Assembly (NCBI GenBank): GCA_022601535.1
Contig: JAJACK010000001.1
Location: forward strand, 5,993-69,992
Origin: Chlamydiales bacterium
GTDB lineage: Bacteria; Chlamydiota; Chlamydiia; Chlamydiales; JAAKFR01
DNA length: 64,000 nucleotides
Direction of reading: 5' to 3'
Below are positions 27,396 through 35,786 of the stretch, in pieces (positions within the stretch are counted from its first letter, which is position 1; each line of letters begins with the position of its first letter). The notes below the pieces were generated by a model that did no database searches, was not told the origin of the DNA, and was given only the letters and a program-made list of their open reading frames with translations. A program made the position numbers and the translations under genes.

Positions 27396-27808
27396 GGGGG
27401 TGTATAGGTTTCGACTTGGAAACTAAGTAGAGACTGCATGCGGAGGACACCGGTGGGCCTCCTAAATCATCCGGTAAAACATTAGCTCGAAAAGATAAAG
27501 CTAATAGCAAACGTGTTGCTTTCCCAGGATCTTTTGTAGGTTCTGAAGAGCAGTACTTTGCAGCAGCTGCTTAATTTAAAGCAGCACGGTCCTTTGAGAC
27601 ATGACCAAGGGTTTTTTAGTGACCGTCATTTACTTGGTATGGAACAGTAATCGCAAGCTTTTAGGTTGCTGATTCCGAGATTAAATAAAGCTGCTCAAGT
27701 TCTAGTGGGGTATCCATCAGAGGGGCTTGAGCTATTGACTGGATACTAAGCATGTAGATGTCGCTATGGAATTTGCCAAGGACGAGGGTTCGAGTCCCTC
27801 CACCTCCA
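27396..27808 (+). ncRNA. ssrA: tmRNA (ssrA)
   Basis: The 5' end 'GGGGGTGTATAGGTTTCGAC' pairs with the 3' end 'CACCTCC' to form a 7-bp acceptor stem with G3:U. T-arm 'GAGGGTTCGAGTCCCTC' and discriminator A at 27808. CCA is not encoded. The internal tag ORF ends ...YFAAAA-TAA. Confidence 0.92.
27500..27574 (+). other. Predicted tmRNA tag reading frame (ANSKRVAFPGSFVGSEEQYFAAAA-stop)
   Basis: A GCT resume codon at 27500 is followed by 23 sense codons and TAA (27572-27574). The Ala-rich hydrophobic C-terminus is typical of proteolysis tags. The exact resume codon is inferred, not proven. Confidence 0.6.
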
Positions 27809-28084
27809 ACTCGTTGGACAATCCTTAAAGTCCACCACTATTTTAAATGGTTTCACGCACTTGTAATGAAAGACTTAGGACTCTCAGTTGCAAGTTCTGA
27901 AACACTAAATTCAAAAGTTGTCATTTTTCCTCTACTTCAGAACTCTCAAAAATTTCTCTAGCACGTGCAGCCAAATTGAGTACCATATTTGCCGTCACAT
28001 AAAAGCACTGGTCGGATGTTTTCATGGATTTTTCTTTAAATTTCCTGTATAAAAAACGAGTCAATCAAGAGGAAGGCTATCTAA

Positions 28085-28717
28085 GTGAAGAAATACAATT
28101 TTTTTGAAAGCCCATTCAAAGGAGTTCCATTAGACAAGCAAGTTAAAAATCCCAATATTATTGTTGGTCGCTATAGTTACTACTCTGGATATTATCATGG
28201 TCATTCTTTCGATGAATGTGCCCGATACCTTATGCCCGATAGGGATGACGTAGATAAGCTCATTATTGGTAGCTTTTGCTCAATTGGCACAGGGGTTTCC
28301 TTCATTATGGCAGGAAACCAAGGACATCACATGGACTGGATCAGTACTTTTCCATTCTTCTATATCGATGAGAAATGCATGGAAGATGCTCCTGATGGTT
28401 ACCAAAGTGTTGGAAATACTGAAGTAGGTCATGATGTATGGATTGGAGCAGAAGCAATGATCATGCCTGGGATAAAGATCGGGCATGGAGCCATTATAGG
28501 CGCACGTTCGATGGTTACAAAAGATGTAAAACCTTATTCCATTATCGGAGGAAATCCTGCAAAGGTGATTCGAATGCGCTTCTCTGATAACCAAATAGAA
28601 CAATTGCTAGAAATGGCGTGGTGGAATTGGTCAGAAGATAAGCTAGCCTCTGCTATGAACCTACTGTGCTCTAAAGACATAGATAAATTATACGAGTACT
28701 GGATAACAATAAAATAG
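28085..28717 (+). CDS. catB: Xenobiotic (hexapeptide-repeat) acetyltransferase, CatB-type chloramphenicol O-acetyltransferase-like
   Basis: 210 aa, GTG start with SD 'GAGGAAGG'. 'FESPFKG...[50 protein letters not shown]', '[19 protein letters not shown]', '[49 protein letters not shown]' and 'MAWWNW'. Near-collinear with CatB/XAT proteins as I remember them. Confidence 0.85.
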   Translation: MKKYNFFESPFKGVPLDKQVKNPNIIVGRYSYYSGYYHGHSFDECARYLMPDRDDVDKLIIGSFCSIGTGVSFIMAGNQGHHMDWISTFPFFYIDEKCMEDAPDGYQSVGNTEVGHDVWIGAEAMIMPGIKIGHGAIIGARSMVTKDVKPYSIIGGNPAKVIRMRFSDNQIEQLLEMAWWNWSEDKLASAMNLLCSKDIDKLYEYWITIK

Positions 28718-28795
28718 ATATACAGAATATCTCAGTATGCAGCAAAGCTCATAGAATCTCTCCCCGACAAGTTAAAGGGGTCTTTACCAAGTATT

Positions 28796-29380
28796 GTGAT
28801 GATTAAAAAATTGAGTAACATGAAAAATATTCACCCCAAAAAATTTGCACTGATTGGTCCCCCTGGAAGTGGAAAGTCTACATTTGCCTCTAAGCTTGGT
28901 AAGATCTTAAACCTTCCAGTTCACCACCTAGACAAGCATATATTTGAGCCTGGTGGAAAGAAAAAAGATAAGCAGGAATTCATCGAAATTCAAAAGGCTC
29001 TGCTTGAGGAAACAGCCTGGATCGTTGAGGGATGTTCATTTTCAACTTTTGAAATGAGATTCTCTAAGGCTGATATTCTGATATATTTCCATTTTTCAAA
29101 AGCTGTCTGTTTTTGGAGGTTTTTCAAAAGATTTTTTAACTATAAACAAGAGTTTGGAGGCTTACAAACCATTAATTGGGAACTCCTGAAATACACTTGG
29201 AACTTTGATAAAGAAAAAAGAGCACGAATCACAGAACTCCGAGACAAATATCCTCAGGCTGATTTTCTTGTCTTCAGAACCCCAAAAGATGCTGATCTTT
29301 TCTTAAGACAAAGCAGTGAACGCCACCTCAGCTTCGCAGAAAGAAACAAAAATCTCTATAAGAGACTATCATCCAAATGA
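28796..29380 (+). CDS. P-loop NTPase, adenylate-kinase-like (topology modulation protein family)
   Basis: 'FALIGPPGSGKSTFASKLGKILNLPVHHLD' (Walker A) followed by 'WIVEG'. Size and layout match FlaR/AAA-kinase-like proteins. The start could be 28796, 28799 or 28823. Confidence 0.6.
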   Translation: MMIKKLSNMKNIHPKKFALIGPPGSGKSTFASKLGKILNLPVHHLDKHIFEPGGKKKDKQEFIEIQKALLEETAWIVEGCSFSTFEMRFSKADILIYFHFSKAVCFWRFFKRFFNYKQEFGGLQTINWELLKYTWNFDKEKRARITELRDKYPQADFLVFRTPKDADLFLRQSSERHLSFAERNKNLYKRLSSK

Positions 29381-29433
29381 TGTGCAGGCTCTAGCAAATA
29401 TCTATTTCAATACAATTAATATTCAACACTACA

Positions 29434-29751
29434 GGTCACATCTTAGTTTGCCCTACCAGGAGTATTGAAAAGATGGAAGAATGAACCAAAGAAGAGCTTT
29501 ATGACCTATTTTCTTTGATAGCTAATCTAAAAAGTGCACTCAGTAAAGAATTTGACGCCACAGGATTCAATACTGTATAGAATGGAAATATTGTAGCTGG
29601 ACAAACTCCTCATCTTCATGTACACAGTATTCCTCGTAGTACAAACGATAGAGGCATTGTGGATTATGAGCCTAGATAGTTTCTTTATCGACCTGGTGAA
29701 TGCTTGCCTGAAGAAGAGCTCGCAAAGGTTTGGGCAAAAATTTTAACATAA
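29434..29751 (+). pseudogene. HIT-family (histidine triad) hydrolase pseudogene
   Basis: A single frame reads 'GHILVCPTRSIEKMEE*TKEELYDLFSLIANLKSALSKEFDATGFNTV*NGNIVAGQTPHLHVHSIPRSTNDRGIVDYEPR*FLYRP...'. The HxHxH triad is intact, but there are in-frame stops at 29482 (TGA), 29578 (TAG) and 29677 (TAG). The N-terminal nucleotide-binding part is missing. Confidence 0.75.
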
Positions 29752-29763
29752 GGTTACAGTCAA

Positions 29764-30699
29764 ATGACACTTAATCAGAGCATTCACCCCGAAATTCAAA
29801 CCATCCTTAGAAATTCCCCTCCCTTAGAGATCAAATCTAAATCAATGCTGGAGCTAAGGAAAGCTTTCGATAAGCGTTCAAAGGGGCTCTTTGGTCAACA
29901 ACGTCAGATAGTTCACGTTAGCGAAAAAAAGATTGAAACAACACAAGGGACAAGAAATACGCGCTGGTATTACCCAAATGATAGACCAAATAAGAAAACT
30001 CCGACCCTAGTATTTTTCCATGGTGGAGGATTTGTCTTCGGCAACCTAAATACTTCGGACACTTTTTGCCAAGAACTTGCCAAAACAACTCTTTGTACCG
30101 TTATTGCCAGTGACTACCCACTAGCGCCTGAAAACCCTTTCCCCGCAGCCCCTGAAGCGTGCTACGCGTTGATAGAACAACTAGCCAAAGAAGAGAACGA
30201 CGCCTTTCCTATTTTCATAGCTGGGTCAAGTGCTGGAGGTACTCTTGCTGCTGTGACTGCGTTAATGTCTCGCGACAGAAATGGGCCAAAGTTAGCAGGC
30301 CAGATTTTACTCTGTCCAATGATAAGTGCTGCTATGAACACGGCATCATACAAGTTATGTGCTAACGACTGCGGTCTAACAGCAGAAGCCTGTGCTTGGT
30401 TTTTAGAGCAATATCAATCTCTTTCCGATGACCGAAAAGAAACCTACTTTATGCCTGATAATGCTGACCAGTTGAACGACCTGCCTCCAGCTTTGATTAT
30501 TACAGCTGAATATGACGTTCTCCGAGACGAGGCAATGGCCTACTCTGACCGATTGACTAGAGCGGGTATAGAAACGAAATCACTATGTGCGAAAGGCATG
30601 ACACATGTTTTCTATAGTTTTCCTCTAAACAAAGTGCTGGAAAAAGAGCGTGCTATGGCTGCAATGGCTACCTTTATAAAGAAATATGGAATGCGCTGA
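29764..30699 (+). CDS. Alpha/beta hydrolase fold-3 esterase/lipase (HSL family IV)
   Basis: 311 aa. Oxyanion 'FFHGGGFVFG', nucleophile 'IAGSSAGG' (GxSxG), and late 'DVLRDE' and 'MTHVF' completing the triad. Confidence 0.85.
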   Translation: MTLNQSIHPEIQTILRNSPPLEIKSKSMLELRKAFDKRSKGLFGQQRQIVHVSEKKIETTQGTRNTRWYYPNDRPNKKTPTLVFFHGGGFVFGNLNTSDTFCQELAKTTLCTVIASDYPLAPENPFPAAPEACYALIEQLAKEENDAFPIFIAGSSAGGTLAAVTALMSRDRNGPKLAGQILLCPMISAAMNTASYKLCANDCGLTAEACAWFLEQYQSLSDDRKETYFMPDNADQLNDLPPALIITAEYDVLRDEAMAYSDRLTRAGIETKSLCAKGMTHVFYSFPLNKVLEKERAMAAMATFIKKYGMR

Positions 30700-31080
30700 T
30701 TTACCTGTTAAAGAGTAGCTAAGCAATCATTCACTGCTCAAACTGATCTAATGAGGTAGACTTATGATTCACGGTCTTACCAGACTCACAAAAGTTAATT
30801 AGCTGAATACCATTGACCTTCTGCTTTAAATCAGGATCCTCTATGTATCTCGCTCATTTCTTTTAATATTAATTAAACTATTTATATAAAAAATCACTAA
30901 AAAATAGAACAAAGACAGCAAATCAATTTAATGAGATAGGTTCTATAGATCCATACTTTTATTATGCATATTTTACCCAAGATGTCCGGAAAAAATGGAC
31001 ATACTAAGGAAAACACGACACTCAGCCGATTTCACTAGATCTCTAATCTAAGGCTCTTTCGAGTATGGCAGGTGGAAAGG

Positions 31081-31449
31081 CTATTTATTGAATTCCCTTT
31101 GCTCTAGGGAAGCTAATTCTTTATCTGTCAGTTCAGTTTCGACCAACTCAATTGGAACACCTTCTTCTTCAATCATTGCAACGCGGTAGCCCTCTAACGG
31201 ACTATAAGGACCAAAAAGTATTTTAGCCCCTTTGAGCTCTGCATCTAAATCATCTACCTGAAATGCGAGATGTGGAACTTGAGTGACTAACTCTGGTAAC
31301 CCATGCCCCTCAGGAAAACGGTGCCACTGAATATGCCATTTATTCCCCTCAAAAGGTGTAGAATAAAATTTAAATCCTTCTGTCTCAACAAGAGTTTCAT
31401 CAGGCCGTTTTGCCTTTGTTGGAATTCCATAGTGGTGGTATTTACGCAT
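31081..31449 (-). CDS. VOC (glyoxalase/bleomycin-resistance/dioxygenase) superfamily protein
   Basis: 122 aa. 'HYGIPT', 'HLAFQVDDLDAELKGAKILFGP' and 'VAMIEEEGVPIELVE' fit the beta-alpha-beta-beta-beta VOC pattern with His/Glu metal ligands. Confidence 0.6.
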   Translation of the reverse strand: MRKYHHYGIPTKAKRPDETLVETEGFKFYSTPFEGNKWHIQWHRFPEGHGLPELVTQVPHLAFQVDDLDAELKGAKILFGPYSPLEGYRVAMIEEEGVPIELVETELTDKELASLEQREFNK

Positions 31450-31577
31450 GTTAAAAGACCTAGCTTTAAGGGATCAGCGTAAGCTGTTTTTGCAATTAAA
31501 ACCAACTCTTACATTTGAAGATTCGCCTACGGTTTAGACCTAGACATCTTAAGGAAAATTTAATACACTTCCTCCCC

Positions 31578-32219
31578 ATGAAAGCTCTACATTCTCTTAT
31601 CCTCCTTTTATGCACGTCATTCTCTCTCTTTGCAGCCGAGGCTGAAGATGTTCTAAATTACTGGTTTGGAAATGAATGCGCTTCTTCTGAAAACCTTAAA
31701 AAATGGTTTCAAGGAGGAGAAGAGGTCGATTCAGACATTCGCTCCCTCTTCTATGAAACTCACCAAGATGCCATCTTTGGTCGACTCAATCATTGGAAAC
31801 AAACTCCAAGGGGAAGACTTGCTCTTATTATTCTCCTTGATCAATTTTCTCGAAATCTCTACCGCAATAGCCCTGAAGCATTTATGGGAGACTCTCTTGC
31901 TCTTTCCCTCTCTTTGGAAGGAATTGAAAAGGGCGATGATCTACAAGTTACGCCGGTCGAACGCTCTTTTTTCTACCTCCCCATCGAGCATGCTGAGGAT
32001 CGGCAACTCCAAAAACTTTCAATTGAAAAATTTACTCAACTCGCCGAAAATGCGCCCGCCGAGTTGTCTCAACTCTGTGCAAATTTTTTGGATTACGCCT
32101 ACCGTCATCAAGTGATCATCGATCGGTTCGGTCGCTACCCTCATCGAAACCACGCCCTCCTACGGACAACCTCTCCAGAAGAAAAAGAATTTTTGAAAAA
32201 AGAAGGTTCTTCTTTTTAG
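31578..32219 (+). CDS. DUF924-family protein with signal peptide
   Basis: From ATG 31578: 'MKALHSLILLLCTSFSLFA'. 'VLNYWFG', 'KKWFQGGEEVDSDIR', 'LALIILLDQFSRNLYR', 'FFYLPIEHAED' and 'IIDRFGRYPHRNHALLRTTSPEEKEFL' are the DUF924 blocks. Confidence 0.8.
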   Translation: MKALHSLILLLCTSFSLFAAEAEDVLNYWFGNECASSENLKKWFQGGEEVDSDIRSLFYETHQDAIFGRLNHWKQTPRGRLALIILLDQFSRNLYRNSPEAFMGDSLALSLSLEGIEKGDDLQVTPVERSFFYLPIEHAEDRQLQKLSIEKFTQLAENAPAELSQLCANFLDYAYRHQVIIDRFGRYPHRNHALLRTTSPEEKEFLKKEGSSF

Positions 32220-32286
32220 AGATATCTTTTATATCACAAAACATGTTAGGCTCTTAAGGACTTAACAATAAACCAGTAGATATAGA

Positions 32287-33600
32287 ATGAGTTTTGATGA
32301 ATTGGGCTTACATCCTAAGGTCCTTAAGGCAATTGCCGAATCAGGGTACACCGAGCCGACGAAGATCCAATTAAAAGCTATCCCTAAAATTGCGCGGGGC
32401 TTTGATATCAGAGCTTCTGCTCAAACAGGAACTGGAAAAACTGCAACTTTTCTACTACCTGCACTCTCTCGCCTAGCGGCCCCCTCCCCTGTTAAAGGAA
32501 AAGGGCCTCGCGTGCTTATCCTTGTTCCAACAAGAGAACTTGCGATGCAAATTGCAACTCAAGCAGAAAAATATAGTAAGTATTTGAACAATGTTAAAAC
32601 CGTCTGTGTTGTTGGTGGGGTTCCCTACCACGCTCAAATGCGTAATCTATCTCGCCCCTACGACATTCTTATTGCAACACCTGGACGACTCATCGATTAC
32701 ATCGAACAGAAAAAAGTGACTTTCCCTCGTTTAGAGATGCTGGTTCTTGATGAAGCAGACCGCATGTTAGATATGGGATTTGTTGAACCTGTTGAACAAA
32801 TTGTGAAACTGACTCCAAAAGAGCGGCAAACACTACTCTTTTCTGCAACCTTGCAAGGGAGTGTGATCAAACTGTCAGAACGGTTGATGGAAAAACCGAT
32901 GGAAATCAAAATCCATGCTGAGCGGGAAAAAAATGAAAATATCACTCAGGGAATTCATTTTGCCGACAACCTTCCTCATAAAAATGCCCTTCTTGAGCAC
33001 ACACTGAAAAAAGAGGGTGTTAAATTTGCCATTGTCTTTACAGCAACAAAGCGACATGCCGATAAACTTGTTCGAGAACTGAAGGATGAAGGGCATAAAG
33101 CTGCTGCGCTGCATGGTGACATGAATCAAAGACAACGTTCTAGAACTGTGGAACAGTTGCGCAAAGGGCGAGTCCGTATCTTGGTTGCAACTGATGTTGC
33201 TGCCCGTGGAATTGATGTTCAATCAATCACACATGTGATCAACTTTGATCTTCCCAATAATGTAGAAGATTATGTTCACCGAATTGGACGGACAGGTCGT
33301 GCAGGAGCCAAGGGGACTGCGATCTCATTTGTTGCTAGCTGTGATGCCTATTTGGTTAAAAAGATTGAAAAATTCACCGGTCAAAAGATCGATGTCTTGG
33401 AAATTGAAGGTCTAGAACCCCGCTCTAAGCCAGATTTTACACAACAACAACCTCGCAAGAAGAAAAGCTTCCGCTCTCGCCCAGGTGGTGGTGGTGGTGG
33501 TGCTAGACGGCCTGGTGGTGCTAAACGACCTAAATTTGGAGAGAAAGGAGCGGGAAAAAGACCTTTCCGCCGTCGACGAACACGTGGAGTTCCTGCTTAA
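32287..33600 (+). CDS. DEAD-box ATP-dependent RNA helicase (RhlE-like) with Arg/Gly-rich tail
   Basis: 437 aa. Q motif 'FDELGL..GYTEPTKIQ', 'AQTGTGKT', 'PTRELA', 'VLDEADRMLDMGF', 'SAT', 'ARGIDV', 'HRIGRTGRAG'. The tail is 'RPGGGGGGARRPGGAKRP'. Confidence 0.92.
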   Translation: MSFDELGLHPKVLKAIAESGYTEPTKIQLKAIPKIARGFDIRASAQTGTGKTATFLLPALSRLAAPSPVKGKGPRVLILVPTRELAMQIATQAEKYSKYLNNVKTVCVVGGVPYHAQMRNLSRPYDILIATPGRLIDYIEQKKVTFPRLEMLVLDEADRMLDMGFVEPVEQIVKLTPKERQTLLFSATLQGSVIKLSERLMEKPMEIKIHAEREKNENITQGIHFADNLPHKNALLEHTLKKEGVKFAIVFTATKRHADKLVRELKDEGHKAAALHGDMNQRQRSRTVEQLRKGRVRILVATDVAARGIDVQSITHVINFDLPNNVEDYVHRIGRTGRAGAKGTAISFVASCDAYLVKKIEKFTGQKIDVLEIEGLEPRSKPDFTQQQPRKKKSFRSRPGGGGGGARRPGGAKRPKFGEKGAGKRPFRRRRTRGVPA

Positions 33601-33631
33601 GGGAGTTTTTTGAACTTAAGCATTTTTATGC
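33595..33631. terminator. Weak hairpin between convergent genes (possible bidirectional terminator)
   Basis: 'GCTTAAG' (33595-33601) pairs with 'CTTAAGC' (33625-33631) around a T-rich 23-nt loop, followed by 'ATTTTTA'. It overlaps both stop codons. The stem is short and AT-rich. Confidence 0.2.
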
Positions 33632-35148
33632 ACCGCAATAAATTGTTTGACCGGGTTATCGGGAACTTTTTTTGTCTTGAAACAACAGACTAAAAATGTC
33701 ACTCCAATCGCCAGCCAGCCATAGAGATAATAGATGTCTGCAAGGGCAAGCGTCGATGCTTGAGCTTGCACTTGCTCATAACTGAGACCCAAAAGCTGAT
33801 CTGTTGAATGAGCAACAGGAGAAAGCTCTTTGAGAAGAGAGATAAAACGACTCCCCTCTATATAAGTATGAGAGGCTATACGCGTCTGATAAAATGCCTG
33901 CCGATGGATCCAAAGAATCATCCCAACAGAGACTCCTATTCCCGTCATAAACATCCGGGCAAACTGGTAAAAAGAGATCACAGAAGAGAGGATTTTATTC
34001 TCAACTCCATCGATCACCATCATCGCATTGGGAAGTGTAATCAAAGGGAAGCCGATCCCTTGAATAAAGCGAACTGTGATGAGCTCTGAAAAGGTGATCT
34101 GTCGATTCATCGATGCTTCCCAAAAAAATGTGCATGCGAAAATAAGAGACCCTACAACCGACATGTTTCGAGGCCCCAGTTTTTTGAGAATCCAAGGAGA
34201 GAAGGGAAAGACAATAAGAGGAAGAATGCCGACAGGAAAAAGGGCAAGCCCTGCCCAAGAGGGGGGATAGCCGATGATTTCATGGCTCCAAAGAATATCT
34301 AAGGTAAAGGTGGAAAAAATAGAACCAAAGAGCACTCCTGTCGCCACTGTTGCAATTGTAAAATTCCTTTTTTTAAAGAGATGGACATAAACCAGTGGTT
34401 TTGAGCAAAAGGTCTCCCAAATCACAAATAGAGGGATAGAGATGATCGTAATAAAGGTTAAGACAACGATGATTTTTGAGTGAAACCAGTCGTAGAGCTG
34501 CCCTCGATTTAAAACAACCTGAACTGAGCCGACAAACAACATCAACAGAAAAAGTCCCACCCAGTCAACCTTTGTACAGCTGAGATTTTTCTCTTTGAAA
34601 GGGGTGATTAAGATGGCAAAAAAGCTTAGAGTGGCAAAAGGGATCGAAATAAAAAAAAGCCAGTGCCAATGCACATTAGAAAAAAGACCTCCAATAACAG
34701 GGCCCATAGCAGGGCCGACCATCACAAAAAGAGCCCAAATACTCATGGGAACAGAACGTTTCTCAGCAGGAGCCGCGATCATCAACATCCCTACAGAACT
34801 TGGGATGATCATTCCAGCTCCCAATCCTTGGATGATTCGAAAGAGAAGGAGGAACTGAAAATTGTGTGCAAATGCGCACAAGGCGCACCCTAAGGTAAAT
34901 ATGATAAGCCCTGTCAAAAAGATCGGCTTATTTCCAAAACTGCCACATAACCGTCCAGAGAGCGGAACTGCAATTGTATAGGGCATCGTAAAAAGAGTGA
35001 GAAGCCAAATGGAAATTTCTGTCCGAATCCCAAGGTAACCGGCAATTGTTGGGAGTGCTACATTGATGATATAGCTGTCTACAGAGACAAGAAAAGCTCC
35101 TAAGCATGAGCCGATTGTAAGAATGAGAAGCTGTTTACGATCGAGCAT
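33616..35148 (-). CDS. MFS transporter, DHA2 (EmrB/QacA, 14-TMS) drug:H+ antiporter-like
   Basis: 510 aa with about 14 TM helices. MFS motif A-like 'LSGRLCGSFGNKPIFL' and motif C-like 'GPAMGPVIGG'. Confidence 0.8.
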   Translation of the reverse strand: MLDRKQLLILTIGSCLGAFLVSVDSYIINVALPTIAGYLGIRTEISIWLLTLFTMPYTIAVPLSGRLCGSFGNKPIFLTGLIIFTLGCALCAFAHNFQFLLLFRIIQGLGAGMIIPSSVGMLMIAAPAEKRSVPMSIWALFVMVGPAMGPVIGGLFSNVHWHWLFFISIPFATLSFFAILITPFKEKNLSCTKVDWVGLFLLMLFVGSVQVVLNRGQLYDWFHSKIIVVLTFITIISIPLFVIWETFCSKPLVYVHLFKKRNFTIATVATGVLFGSIFSTFTLDILWSHEIIGYPPSWAGLALFPVGILPLIVFPFSPWILKKLGPRNMSVVGSLIFACTFFWEASMNRQITFSELITVRFIQGIGFPLITLPNAMMVIDGVENKILSSVISFYQFARMFMTGIGVSVGMILWIHRQAFYQTRIASHTYIEGSRFISLLKELSPVAHSTDQLLGLSYEQVQAQASTLALADIYYLYGWLAIGVTFLVCCFKTKKVPDNPVKQFIAVHKNA

Positions 35149-35786
35149 AATCCCTCACAATGTTCCAATGGAACATCGCTGTAGAGAAGATAAAGTTTCC
35201 CCTCTTGGTAGTGAGGTAGCAAAAATAATGCCCGCTGAGGTGCAAATCCGTGTGAATAATCTATTTCAGTATATCCTCCCTTCACCAAGACCCCCTCCCC
35301 TAGCCGTTCAACAGCTCCGTTAAGAAGTGTTGCATGCCACTGAATGACCGCAGAAACGTCTTCTTTTTTTACATCAAAAACCCTCACATCGAGATACATC
35401 GGCATATTTAAATCAGTATCTCCAAGATAGAGGCGCTTGTACACTCGGTAATCAAATGGACAACGGTTTTGTACATCTGTGATGCAAAGAACGTTGTAGA
35501 GATTTTCAGGGAAAAGAAAAGGAATTTCAGCTTGAAGTGCTGTAAGCATGGTGATCAAAAGAGGGGTAATATCTTCACCTCTCTTATCACAAAAAGCCTC
35601 TAGCAATTCTATATCTCTTTCCATCTCTGGAAGGTATGCCCCTACTTTCTGTTTTGCAATCCAGGGATGAGAAAACTGGGGAGAAGGAAGCGTAGGCCTT
35701 TTGATCTCAAAATGCTCCACCCGATCTTTTTTGATAAAAAAAGGGAATAAAAGAAAAATCAACAGAAAAGGGTAAATCTTTTTCAT
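35100..35786 (-). CDS. Hypothetical membrane-anchored/secreted protein
   Basis: 228 aa. N-terminal 'MKKIYPFLLIFLLFPFFI' is a signal or anchor sequence. No recognisable domain. It overlaps phoH2 by 4 nt and the MFS gene by 49 nt. Confidence 0.5.
   Translation of the reverse strand: MKKIYPFLLIFLLFPFFIKKDRVEHFEIKRPTLPSPQFSHPWIAKQKVGAYLPEMERDIELLEAFCDKRGEDITPLLITMLTALQAEIPFLFPENLYNVLCITDVQNRCPFDYRVYKRLYLGDTDLNMPMYLDVRVFDVKKEDVSAVIQWHATLLNGAVERLGEGVLVKGGYTEIDYSHGFAPQRALFLLPHYQEGKLYLLYSDVPLEHCEGLCSIVNSFSFLQSAHA

Noticed and set aside
27758-27961. 67-aa ORF overlapping the 3' end of the tmRNA.
   Set aside because: It starts inside the tmRNA T-arm and acceptor region, which are clearly structural RNA. 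It has no SD and no similarity to anything.
27809-28084. Integrase remnant or att site expected next to ssrA. A 33-aa minus-strand ORF (MKTSDQCFYVTANMVLNLAARAREIFESSEVEEK) and a 9-bp inverted repeat AGTTCTGAA/TTCAGAACT were noted.
   Set aside because: There are no tyrosine-recombinase motifs, and I saw no copy of the tmRNA 3' end further downstream. This is too weak to call a mobile element. A computational repeat search is needed.
28718-28795. Possible integron attC (59-be) site downstream of catB, since catB genes are often cassettes.
   Set aside because: Only a loose 'GTTAAAG' is present. There is no convincing RYYYAAC/GTTRRRY pair with imperfect internal symmetry, and no intI nearby.
30700-31080. 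380-bp ORF-free stretch that might hide a small RNA or tRNA.
   Set aside because: It is very AT-rich with no cloverleaf-compatible GC stems or T-loop (GTTCRANYC) motif. Short coding-like remnants suggest decayed DNA, but nothing can be identified.
31666-32115. 149-aa same-strand alternative-frame ORF within the DUF924 gene.
   Set aside because: The DUF924 frame carries all the family blocks. The alternative frame has no start context and no recognisable sequence.
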